Positions 8,073 to 17,353 are shown, counted from the stretch's first letter. The stretch is 18,232 bases of DNA from Octopus sinensis (GCF_006345805.1 NW_021824625.1:1-18232); one strand, 5' to 3'. The notes: generated by a model from the sequence alone, not told the origin. Numbers and translations are program-made.

Positions 8073-8889
8073 CTGACGCAGTTCAGCCTGCCAGAAATGG
8101 CACGTTGTGCTGCTTGGCATTCTCGCCGGAAGCTCCAATACGAACATTTCAGAGTGTTCAGGTGTCAATCTGAGAACATGTACCAAGTGTGATAAAAATC
8201 TAACATCCAGTCAACATCATGGTGTTTGGAGTGATGAGTAGTGATGTGACGTTATGCCTCCATTCATCTCTTCATATGTCCCGAGACTCAATACGGAGGC
8301 CTATATCAAGTGTCCTGGATTAACTCATTAAGTCCCAGAGTACTCAAATTTCTGAATATTACTTTAAAATTTTTACAGATGATTGAAAATAGGTTAAAAT
8401 GAAAAAATTAATTATTAAAATTCCTTTACTTCAAGTAGAAATGGAAATACTCTGTGTCCTATAAATAGGACACTAAGACAATGTAATATAGCTTATTTAA
8501 GGTTTTCATTTCGTGTTCTGTTTAAAGGACATTGGGACCTAATGGGGTAAGAGGGTGGCTGCTTGAAAACCCTATGTCTGGCAACAGGACTCTGCACCAT
8601 ATCAAACAAGCAGGAGAACCCAGTCATGGCTGTCAGACAATTTCTGCAACCACCCCATCCCGAACATCTGGCCACCTAACATCCCAGACTGCAACCCCTT
8701 GATTATAATGTGTGGGGCGCAGTTGAGTGAGAGACCAACAAAACTCCTTGTAACACCAAAGATATACTGAACGCAAGGATTATGGCAGCATTCACCAACT
8801 TGAACAAGGAGACCGTCCAGAAAAGTTGCAGGAGATTCCGAAGTCGTCCGGAGGTCGTGGTTGAAGCCAAGGGCTATTTTATTGAACAA
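8073..8889 (+). pseudogene. Fragmented DD37D mariner transposase
   Basis: Manual translation gives N-terminal HVVLLGILAGSSNTNISECSGVNLRT, then a large deletion at ~8179, then HPVNIMVFGVMSSD-DVMPPFI, then the MITE insertion, then KRVAA*KPYVWQQDSAP...WPPNIPDCNP(frameshift)LDYNVWGAVE*ETNKTPCNTKD...FRSRPEVVVEAKGYFIE. There are 37 residues between the last two catalytic Asp. Confidence 0.9.
8324..8546. mobile_element. piggyBac-type MITE nested in the mariner transposase
   Basis: TTAA|CTCATTAAGTCCCA ... TGGGACCTAATGGG|GTAA: 14-bp TIRs with 12/14 matches. Removing the element rejoins tgg-att-aag-agg-gtg (W-I-K-R-V). Confidence 0.75.
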
Positions 8890-9065
8890 ATTTACTCTTT
8901 AGTGTTTCAAGATACTTTTATGTAATTTTGGTAAATATATCTGTTAAAATGAGATGTCAGTGTTATTTTTATTTTTGCGTAATTTCGACGACAATTTATT
9001 CACTGCACCATGTGTGTATGTGTGTGTATGTGAAGAATATATATATATATATATTATATATATAT

Positions 9066-9097
<32 letters not shown>

Positions 9098-9210
9098 CTT
9101 TTACCTCTTTTACACGTTTCAGTCATTTGAAAGATGCCACGCAGCGGGACTGAACCTGGACCCATGTGGTTGGTAAGCAAGCTTCTTACCACTCAGCCAC
9201 ATACATGCCC
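9098..9210 (-). mobile_element. SINE family A mini-copy (head fused to tail)
   Basis: The reverse complement joins the tRNA head ...ctgcgtggcatctt directly to tcaaatgactgaaac...taaaagagg. Confidence 0.8.
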
Positions 9211-9415
9211 ATAGCGAGAGCCCTTACACTAGATAACTTTGAACCCTATCTGACTTTTCATCTACCGTTTATATTTCATACATTCTTTCATCCGTTTATT
9301 CATTATTCATTATTCATTATTCATATATTGACCCATTTATTGATTCTGTTTCATTTCAACTTCAGTTTCGTCCGTCCTAACTCCTTCCATCGAATACGCC
9401 ACTACAAATATTCCC

Positions 9416-9550
9416 TGGCCTAATGGTTAGAATACTGCGCTCATGATTGATACGATCACGAGTTCGATTCCTGAAGAGCATGATTGTTGTGTCTGTGATC
9501 AAGGTACTTTATTTCAGGTTGCTCAGGTGTACGCAGCTCAAATGTGTCTT
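9416..9550 (+). mobile_element. Degenerate tRNA-derived SINE head
   Basis: A-box tggcctaatgg and B-box gagttcgattcc, followed by a ttgtgtctgtgatcaaggtacttt body motif. Confidence 0.6.
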
Positions 9551-9579
9551 AATACACTCCCCACTCCTCCTCTCTCTTA

Positions 9580-9620
<41 letters not shown>

Positions 9621-9670
9621 ATATATATTATATTATATATATTTTTATTTATTTTTAGAAGGAGCTTCTA

Positions 9671-9713
9671 CAGGACTAGAACTGTTTCATTCAAAAGAAA
9701 TCATCAGGACCTG
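9671..9713 (-). ncRNA. Type I hammerhead motif, canonical core
   Basis: Minus strand: CAGGUC-CUGAUGA-UUUC[UUUU]GAAU-GAAA-CAGUUC-UA/GUCCUG. Stem I is 5/6 paired and stem III is imperfect. Confidence 0.55.
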
Positions 9714-9748
9714 ATGAGTTCTTTTTGAATGAAACAGTTCTAGTCCTG
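9705..9748 (+). ncRNA. Type I hammerhead motif, canonical core
   Basis: CAGGAC-CUGAUGA-GUUC[UUUUU]GAAU-GAAA-CAGUUC-UA/GUCCUG. Perfect 6-bp stem I, predicted cut after 9742. Stem III (ACAGUUCU) is an imperfect palindrome. Confidence 0.65.
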
Positions 9749-9836
9749 TAGAAGCTCCTTCTATAAGATAAATTAATTTACTCTGCTATGTATCGAGTAC
9801 CTTATTTACTGTGGTTCCCCGACTCAACCCGGGACC

Positions 9837-9898
<62 letters not shown>

Positions 9899-10002
9899 TA
9901 CACATATATAAAAAATACATGTACAGGTATATATTTATACTTATACATGCATAGACACTTACAAACGTATGTACATGCATCCATACGTAGATATATACAT
10001 AT

Positions 10003-10114
10003 TCGGGTTCAGTGCTACTGCGCAATACTTGGGATTAATGTTTTCAACTATAGCCCCAGCCAGACTAATGTCATTGGAGTGAATTTGGGGGACGAAACTG
10101 TGGTGGAAGCCCGT

Positions 10115-10115
<1 letters not shown>
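10003..10115 (+). mobile_element. Degenerate SINE family A fragment
   Basis: cgggttcagtgctactgcgc...actatagcccc...gtgaatttgggggacgaaactg...gaagcccgt. Confidence 0.6.
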
Positions 10116-10160
<45 letters not shown>

Positions 10161-10711
10161 GTGTGGTGTGTGTGTGTGTGTGTGTGTGTGTGAGTGTGTG
10201 TATGTGTGCGTGTGTATCTGTATATATATATATATATATATTTGTGCGTTTATATGTATACACATATATATATGTATATATGCATATACATATATATACA
10301 TTATGTAATACATATATATTTACATGCACATATATACATATATATATATAATATAATATATAATATGTACATACATATATATACATACATACATATATAT
10401 ATGTATATATATGTATATATATAATATGTATATACATGTATATATAATATATATAATATATATATAATATATATGTATATACACATATATATATGTACAT
10501 ATATACATATATGCATATACATATACATATATATATTTGTATACATATATATACACATACATACATATATATATACATATATACATGTATACATACAATA
10601 TATGTGCATAATAAACCTCTTTCCTTGATATATACATATTTCTCACTTATTATACACATATGTATGAATATAGTTATACTAATATGTATATACATTATAT
10701 ATATACACATA

Positions 10712-10750
<39 letters not shown>

Positions 10751-10830
10751 TATAATATATAATTATATTCATATATATTTACACGTATAAATATATATAT
10801 GTGTGTGTGTCTGTGTTTTGTGCATGTATG
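10116..10830. repeat. Long (AT)n/(GT)n/(ATAC)n compound microsatellite
   Basis: Directly visible. Source of the 267-aa YI-rich spurious ORF. Confidence 0.95.
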
Positions 10831-10887
10831 CATATGTATGTCCACAGGCACGTGTTAAAGGAAGAGATAAAGCGAGTGGGACGGGGG

Positions 10888-10926
<39 letters not shown>

Positions 10927-11427
10927 ACACACACACACACACTTCGCACAAATATAGAGATCCACTTGTTAGATTTTTACTATCTCTGAATCACTTGATG
11001 TTTTCAATTCTATTTGAAGTTATTCCTGCCCATATTTCATTAATGTTCAATTATCGATCCTAAAATATATTTTGATTTTATTTCATTTCGTTTTTTTGTT
11101 TTTGTTTTTAATTTTATTGGATACGGAACCTGTTCTACCTTCACTACAAAATGGAATAAACTATTATGTTTGTTTATTCATCGTTAGTTTTTGCTACATT
11201 TTTATAAAATATTTTTTGATAAAATTCCATGAGATCGGTTCTTGCTAGGCAGAACCGATCAATTATACCTATTGTTGTTTGAGATTCTGTTTAGCACTGA
11301 GTGATCCCTACTCAAACGATAATACTTTTGTCGCTGTTATTTCTAGTAGATCAGGATATATAGCGGTTCTCTTACACTGAAAATGGTGAATGAACAGGCT
11401 TAACGATCGAATGCTATTGTAGCTCTA

Positions 11428-11698
11428 ACCATTCCGACGATAGATTTTGATTTGATCTTTTCACTGTTATTTCTAGCATTTTAAGTTACCTTCTTGTGCC
11501 TCCCTTATATTCAAAATGGTGGATACATAGACTTAGGATCAAATGACGTTCCAGCAGTGACCATTCCGACGATAGGTCTTGATTTGATATTTTCACTGTT
11601 ATTTTTAGCATTTTAGCTTACTTTCTTGTGTCTTTCTTATATACAAAAATGGTGGATGAATAGACTTATGACCAAATGACGTTCCAGCTGTGACCATT
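11428..11698. repeat. 132/133-bp tandem repeat, two copies plus a degenerate upstream unit
   Basis: accatt(ccgacgatag) unit starts recur at 11428, 11560 and 11693. Region 11315-11427 retains tgttatttctag...aaaatggtg...gacttaacgatc-like similarity. Confidence 0.9.
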
Positions 11699-11836
11699 GC
11701 GTCTCTTTCTACTTTTCAAGTACAATGTTTTTTGGACTACATTAGTCGAATGTGGTTTGTTTTCAAATTCATGGGAATATAGAAATATATATTGCTTTCC
11801 CTCCTGTTACCCACAGAAAAAAGATTTGTTAACATA

Positions 11837-12260
11837 GGAGCAGACGTGGCTCTGTGGTAAGAAGCTTCCTTCCCAACCACATGGTTCCGGGTTCGGTCCC
11901 ACTGCGTGGCACCTTGGGCAAGTGTCTTCTACTATAGCCTCAGGCCAGCCAGAGCCTTGTGAGTGGATTTGGTAGACAGAAACTGAAAGAAGCCCATCAT
12001 ATATATATATATGTATGTGTGTGTGTGTGTGTGTGTGTGTGGGTGTGTGCTTGTCCCCTACCACACCCTGACAACCCGTGTTGATTTTTTTACGCCCCCG
12101 TAACTTAGCGGTTTTTCAAGAGTGACTGATAGAATAACTATCAGGTTTACAAAGAAAATACATAGTGCTGTCCATTAGTTCGACTAGAATTCCTCAAGGC
12201 GTTGCTCCAGCCTGACCGCAGTGTAATGACTGAAACAAGTAAAAGATAAAAGATAAAAAG
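11837..12260 (+). mobile_element. Full-length tRNA-derived SINE family A (CORE-like)
   Basis: A-box tggctctgtgg (11847-11857), B-box ggttcggtccc (11890-11900), CORE-like accttgggcaagtgtct, an internal (AT)(GT) tract and an (aaagat)n tail. Confidence 0.9.
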
Positions 12261-12531
12261 TAAAAAAATAAAATGAAAATAAAAATAAAGACCTGAAGGC
12301 ATTTCTCTCCCCTTGAGAAGAATATTCACTCTCTCTTTCTCTCATCTCATAGTAATCACTCTCTTTCTTAATACATAAGCAAAAATAAGCAGGAGCAGCA
12401 GCAGCAGCAACAACAACAACAACTTCAGGAAGAGTTTCCAGTCAAATAACCACGTTCCTCTTTTGCTGGTGTCGTATGGTAGGCTGTGATTTGAAACATT
12501 TTCGTTTTTGTTTCTAATATGGCAGGTTACC

Positions 12532-12741
12532 AAGGCAGCAAACTGGCAGAATCGTAAGTCATGCCGGACAAAATGCTTAGCGGCATTTCGTCCGTCTTCG
12601 CGTTCAGAGTTCAAATTTCACCGACGTTGACGTTACCATTTATCCCTTCAGGGTCGATAAAATAAATACCAATTGAGTACTGGGGTCGATGCAATCGACT
12701 TACGCCTCGAAATTGCTGGCCCTGTTCCTAAATCTGAAATC
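12532..12741 (+). mobile_element. tRNA-derived SINE family B
   Basis: ggcagcaaactggcagaatcg...gagttcaaatt...gggtcgataaaataaatacca...actggggtcgatgcaatcgactta. Homologous to 14074-14260. Confidence 0.85.
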
Positions 12742-12877
12742 AATATATCAAGTTACTTCGAAGCGGTTCCAGTATTTTCAAAATGGTGAATTGGTTCTTT
12801 AACAATGAGACAACATTCTCCCCCCACTTTTTTTGCATTACTCCTTTTTTTTTAAAGGGCATTCGCTTTTAAAGAGT

Positions 12878-13074
12878 GTTATCTTTTACTTGACTCAGTC
12901 CTTGGTGTACGACCATGCCGGAGCACCGTATTGAGTGGTTCAGTCGAACAAATCGATCTCCACCCATACGTGTTTTCAATTCTGGCACTAATTGTCTCCT
13001 TTTTTTCCCCTTATTTTTGCTGAACCGCTTATTTACGGGATCGTAAACAAAGCGACAACGGTTTTCAGCGATCG
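12878..13074 (-). mobile_element. SINE family A 3' half
   Basis: The reverse complement contains tttacgatcccgtaaataagcggttc...gatttgttcgactgaa...ggtgctccggcatgg...gactgagtcaagtaaaagat. Confidence 0.75.
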
Positions 13075-13198
13075 TAGGATGCGCAGGCACATTCGCTGTT
13101 TTGATTTTGAGACAATAACTGATGAGGGAAAAGCATGTCCACGTCTTGTTTGTGAATTTTCCGAGTATTCCTTTGGCATCCTCCAACGCAATTTTTGA

Positions 13199-13240
<42 letters not shown>

Positions 13241-13556
13241 CACACATATATACACGCTCATTCATTCACACACACATACGCACACACATATTTGTATATT
13301 TGATTAATGGGAGAGACGGAAAGTGGAAGATACGAGAATCTTTATTGATCACCACAGTTCTTTCGACCTATCTAGCATCGATCTCTCGTGGGTAGGATAC
13401 TGAACATCCGGTTTAGGTATATCCGTCGGTGTAGATGAGTTTTCTCAGGTGATTTCAAAAAGCATCTCGTTAAAATAAATTCAGTTTCGCAAGATTTCTT
13501 CTTGGAGATTGTATATATATAAATGGCAAATTAAGGTATATAGCATCATATATAAT

Positions 13557-13931
13557 ACGAGCAAAACGCCTCCCGTCCAATGGACGGTGCTGAGTTGTCA
13601 AACATTTAAATCAAATTTTCTCAAAACAACTTGTCCGACCGTCCCATAGGCCTCCCCTTTGAGAAACACTAATTTAACCTAAATTTGAGACACCAGCAAA
13701 AGAAATAAAGATATATTTTTTCTATTCCAATGAAAAACGATTTCCCACGACGTTATCGATCGCAATCTCACCTGGAATCGATTTTTGTAATTTTTTCAAG
13801 ACTTATACACGCCCTGATACCGTCGGCATTTACATATCAAATTTGAGCGCAATCGGATGGAGGATGCCCGAGATCCTAGAAACCACACAAACACACACAC
13901 AGCCAGACAGAATGGATTTTATATAAGAGAT
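13557..13931 (+). mobile_element. Non-autonomous Helitron/Helentron-like element
   Basis: Starts acgagc with hairpin ccgtcc-aat-ggacgg, contains caaatttgagcgcaatcggatg, and ends (ca)n-cagacagaatggattttatataagagat. Same layout as 1826-2219. Confidence 0.55.
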
Positions 13932-13956
13932 GATATGAATAGCAAATTAAGGCATA

Positions 13957-14030
13957 CAGTAATCCTTCGACGATCGCGGGTGTTACGTTCCAAAACTGCC
14001 GCGGTAGATGAAAATCCGTAAAGTAGTAAC
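13957..14030 (+). mobile_element. Left end of pogo/Tigger-like MITE
   Basis: TA|CAGTAATCCTTCGACGATCGCGGGTGTTACGTTCCAAAAC matches 7139-7180. Confidence 0.75.
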
Positions 14031-14073
14031 AGTACTATACTATACATTTTTTTAATTAATTTTGTTATTTGTA

Positions 14074-14260
14074 ACAGCGGCGAGCTGGCAGAAATGTTAG
14101 CACGCCGCGCGAAATGCGTAGCCGTATTTCGTCTGCCGCTGCGTTCTGAGTTCTAATTCCGCCGAGGTCGACTTTGTCTTTCATCCTTTCGGGGTCGATA
14201 AAATAAGTGCCAGTTGCGCACTGGGGTCGATATAATCGACTTAATCCGTTTGTCTGTCCT
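14074..14260 (+). mobile_element. tRNA-derived SINE family B
   Basis: gcggcgagctggcagaaatgttagcacgccg...gagttctaattccgccgaggtcgact...ggggtcgataaaataagt...ctggggtcgatataatcgacttaa. Confidence 0.85.
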
Positions 14261-14280
14261 TGTTTGTCCTCTCTGTCCTC

Positions 14281-14410
14281 TACCAAATTCACTTCATGGC
14301 TTTGGTCGACACGAAGCTATAGCAGAAGTACCTTGCCCATTGTGCCGCACATTGGGACTGACCCCGAAACCACACGATTCCAAAGCGATCTTCTTAACAA
14401 TACAGTCACG
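14281..14410 (-). mobile_element. SINE family A 5' half, degenerate
   Basis: taccaaattcact...ggctttggtcgac...ttgccca..gtgccgcacattgggactga matches the reverse complement of the family A head. Confidence 0.7.
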
Positions 14411-14442
14411 CTTGTATGAGTGTGTGTATGCGCGTGTGCGTT

Positions 14443-14481
<39 letters not shown>

Positions 14482-14601
14482 ACAGTAATATATTGATGTA
14501 CGTACTGTGACAAGCGTTTCACTTCACTTGATATCGGAGTCCCACACAGTTGCTGGATATTTGTACCGTTCTGGTTCATTGAATGTTCGTACAAACCCGC
14601 A

Positions 14602-14682
14602 GTCGTTTAATTCAACTCTAGTACTTGATTAGGTACTTTATCTTATCGGCCCTAAGAAGATGAAAAGTAAACTTGAGCTCGG
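14602..14682 (-). mobile_element. Degenerate SINE family B fragment
   Basis: Diverged reverse complement of the family B central motif. Confidence 0.45.
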
Positions 14683-14698
14683 TATTGTTGTTAGACGT

Positions 14699-14935
14699 GG
14701 AGGCACATGGCCTAGTGGTTAGAGCCATGGACTCGCGGTCGAGGGATCGCAGGTTCGAATCTCAGATCGGGCGATGTGTGTGTTTATGAGCGAAACACCT
14801 AAGCTCCATACGGCTCCGCCAGAAGGTAATGGCGAACTTCTGCTGACTCTTTCGCCACAACTTTCACTCTTTCCTCCTGCATCTTGCAGCTCACCTGCGA
14901 CGGACCGTCGTCCCGTCCAGGTGGGGAACCCTAAC
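14699..14935 (+). mobile_element. tRNA-derived SINE family C
   Basis: A-box tggcctagtgg (14708-14718), B-box ggttcgaatct (14752-14762), and 3' ctgcgacggaccgtcgtcccgtccaggtgggg. Confidence 0.8.
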
Positions 14936-14971
14936 CCTGAAAGAATGTAAAATATATCTGATTTTATATAT

Positions 14972-15180
14972 GGGGACGTAAACACAGCAACACCACACGC
15001 ACACACACACAAATATGTGTGTGTGTGTGTGTGTGTAGATATATACGACGACTTCTTTGTGTTTCCGTCCACCAAACCTATTCATAAAGCCTTGGTCGGC
15101 CCGAGAGAAGGTGCCGCGCAGTGGGACTAAAACCGTAACCTTGTGGTTGAGAAGCACACTGTTTACTACACAACCACGTC
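14972..15180 (-). mobile_element. SINE family A, partial
   Basis: ggggacgtaaac...gtttccgtccaccaa...ggtcggcccgag...aaggtgccgcgcagtgggact matches the family A reverse complement. Confidence 0.75.
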
Positions 15181-15221
15181 TAGTCCCAAGATGCTATGTC
15201 AAAAATATGATGATAATTCTT

Positions 15222-15320
15222 TCTACAATAGGCACAAGGCCGGAAATTTAGTGGACGGGGCCGGTCGATAACATGAAACCTCAGTGTTCAACTGGTACTT
15301 ATTTTTAGCAGTTCGATAAA
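15222..15320 (-). mobile_element. SINE family B 3' part
   Basis: ctacaataggcacaaggcc...gtcgataacatgaaacctcagtgttcaactggtacttattt. Confidence 0.6.
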
Positions 15321-15363
15321 AGGGGGCAAATAGATTAGGTGTCAGTCTTAAACAATTAAATAA

Positions 15364-15468
15364 GCGCAGGAGTGGCTGTGTGGTAAGTAGTTTGCTTACC
15401 AACCACATGGTTCCGGGTTCAGTCCCACAGCATGGCCGCAGTCAAATGTCTGAAACAAGCTAAAAGAG
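15364..15468 (+). mobile_element. SINE family A mini-copy (head fused to tail)
   Basis: gcgcaggagtggctgtgtggtaag...gggttcagtcccac|agcatggccgcagtcaaatgtctgaaacaagctaaaagag. A second family A tail follows at 15481-15570. Confidence 0.85.
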
Positions 15469-15582
15469 AAAAAAAAAACGCACTGGGGGTGATTGGATCA
15501 ATTGAAATTTTTCAAGGCAGAGCCCCAGAATGGCCGCAGTCTAATAAGTAAAACAAATAAAAGATAAAACATTTTGTCTTTA

Positions 15583-15698
15583 GGGAGAGTCATTTTCTTT
15601 TTGTGCCTTATAATTTAATACACTCACCGGTAAAATTTCCACTTTTTTCTTATTTTTATTTTCCTAAAATTTTCGTTGCGTCTTGCAACCTTTTCAAT
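15583..15698 (-). mobile_element. Fragment of the 6842-7028 repeat family
   Basis: cactcaccggtaaaatttccac...aaaattttcgttgcgtcttgcaaccttttcaat is the reverse complement of about 6903-6995. Confidence 0.8.
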
Positions 15699-15950
15699 TT
15701 TGTCTTTGTTTTTTTTTTTTAGTTTGACAAAGATGTATACAATAATAAATCTCTGAATGAGATGTAAACAGTAACCGCTCGACAACATAAAGTATACTAG
15801 CCATCTCAATATGGCTAACCACTAAGGGTGGGTGTTACTATAGCTTTTAGTCCCAGGAGATCATCGTTTCCAGCTGGCTTTAGGCACACTTTCTGTGCCT
15901 TATAGTATTTGCAAAGGGAGGTCATCCCTCACTCGTAAACCTAAGTGATA

Positions 15951-15995
15951 CGCACGGACTGCAGTTTCTAGGTATTTGCCTGTCTTCTGCGTACG
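15951..15995 (-). ncRNA. Type I hammerhead-like motif (U4A variant)
   Basis: Minus strand: CGUACG-CAGAAGA-CAGG[CAAAUA]CCUA-GAAA-CUGCAG-UC/CGUGCG. Predicted cut between 15957 and 15956. Confidence 0.55.
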
Positions 15996-16027
15996 GCAAT
16001 CACCGATTTTCGGTTTTCGATGATTGC

Positions 16028-16072
16028 CGTACGCCGAAGACAGGCAAATACCTAGAAACTGCAGTCCGTGCG
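16028..16072 (+). ncRNA. Type I hammerhead-like motif (U4C variant)
   Basis: CGUACG-CCGAAGA-CAGG[CAAAUA]CCUA-GAAA-CUGCAG-UC/CGUGCG. 6-bp stem I, palindromic ACUGCAGU stem III, GUC cut after 16066. Confidence 0.6.
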
Positions 16073-16469
16073 TGTCACTTAGGTTTACGAGAGAGGGATG
16101 ACCTCCCTTTGCAAATACCATAAGGGCACAGAAAGATGTATGATTAGAGGGAAATTTGTTTGCTATTTCTCGCAGGCCGTATCTCTGGCTCGTACCTTAA
16201 CTTTCTGTGGTGTGTTGGATACATTGAGAGAATATACAAGAACCGACGGTGGACTGTGAAAGTCGGGGAGTGGCAGGGGCGAGTGGAAGAGGAGGGGGTC
16301 GAGGAGGAGGAAGAGATAAGGCGTGTACACACGGAATATACATCACCGCAGCAATAAATGTAACAAGCATGGGGACAAGACAATTGATGGCTTGAATTGT
16401 GCGACTCACCGATGATAACGTGGATGGAGCAATAAAAATGATAAACAACTGCATTTATACATACGCACG

Positions 16470-16505
16470 TGCGCAAACACACGCGCACATACACACACGA
16501 CAGAT

Positions 16506-16545
<40 letters not shown>

Positions 16546-16793
16546 GCACACGTATACACACGCACATGCACACTCACATATGCAAACACTAATGGACATA
16601 CAAGTATGTGAACAAGTGAACGTGTGTGTTTGGGACGTATACAATTATATTTACCAAATTACGTACATACACACACAAACACACACAAACACACACAACA
16701 CACACACATATTTATGTATGTACATATACATACCTGTTTATATATATAAGATAACATACACACACGCACATAAGCATACAGACATGGATAATA

Positions 16794-16827
<34 letters not shown>

Positions 16828-17126
16828 TAGATAGATACCTGTACACACACATAATTATTATTATCTTGTTTTATGTTCGTGTGAATATACACGTTGTAGA
16901 TACCAGCGCCTGTGTATATGGAAATGTATATAGATATACATACATACATACATACATACATACATACATACATACATACATCATACATGCATGCATACAT
17001 ACACACATATATATATTTATGTATGTATGTATGTATGTATGTATGTATGTATGTATGTATGTACGTATGTATGTATGTATGTGTGTGTGTGTATGTATAT
17101 ATATATATATATATTTATGTGTGTAT

Positions 17127-17157
<31 letters not shown>

Positions 17158-17353
17158 GATAAATAGATAGATAGATGTACATACATATATATATAATTTT
17201 GTATAGGTATATATATATATATAAATGTAAATGTCTATCTTCGTAATTGTGCGTGTCTGTGGAAGTAGGTGTATGTGTATAGAGGTATGTATTTAGAAAT
17301 GTGTGTGTAAGTGTGTGTGTGTGTGTGAGATAGGAGAGTGAGTGAGAGAGAGA

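Larger units (their letters stand above)
7942..9012 (+). mobile_element. Decayed DD37D (maT/Bmmar1-type) Tc1/mariner transposon
   Basis: Left TIR TA|CAGGGTGCGGTGGGTAAA and degenerate right TIR tttattcactgcaccatg (8995-9012). Transposase remnants lie between them. Confidence 0.85.
9656..9763. repeat. 108-bp near-perfect palindrome carrying two back-to-back HHR motifs
   Basis: Arms 9656-9708 and 9710-9763 differ by one mismatch and one indel. The centre is a single nucleotide, A9709 (tcatcagg-a-cctgatga). Confidence 0.95.
15740..16135. mobile_element. HHR-bearing repeat related to 2540-2855, ending in a 118/119-bp fold-back
   Basis: Shares the terminus caataa(t/c)aaatctctga..gagat.taaacagtaac.gctc and the motif tgcaaagggag with 2540-2735. 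Arms 15889-16006 and 16017-16135 surround a 10-nt loop. Confidence 0.85.

Noticed and set aside
7971-8889. Track ORFs at 7971-8186(-), 8493-8675(-) and 8602-8889(-)
   Set aside because: They are antisense to the plus-strand mariner transposase pseudogene.
9471-9480. CTGAAGA motif
   Set aside because: It is part of a SINE head next to the B-box, with no downstream stem II/GAAA.
12380-12450. (CAG)(CAA)n poly-Gln frame KQEQQ...LQEEFPVK*
   Set aside because: Very short, with no start codon or convincing splice signals. Treated as a microsatellite.
13110-13170. CTGATGA followed by ggaaaa/ttttcc stem
   Set aside because: The GAAA and stem III are missing (GAGT instead). At most a deleted HHR relic.
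13341-13392. Minus-strand GATC...GGTC-GAAA...AATAAA resembling a PLE HHR end
   Set aside because: The CUGANGA core is absent, so it is too degenerate to call.
11837-14765. tRNA-like heads (11837, 14699; also 9416) as tRNA genes
   Set aside because: They continue directly into SINE bodies and lack complete cloverleaves.
16935-17090. (ATAC)n followed by (GTAT)n forming a fold-back
   Set aside because: Self-complementary simple repeats are common throughout the window and need no special explanation.
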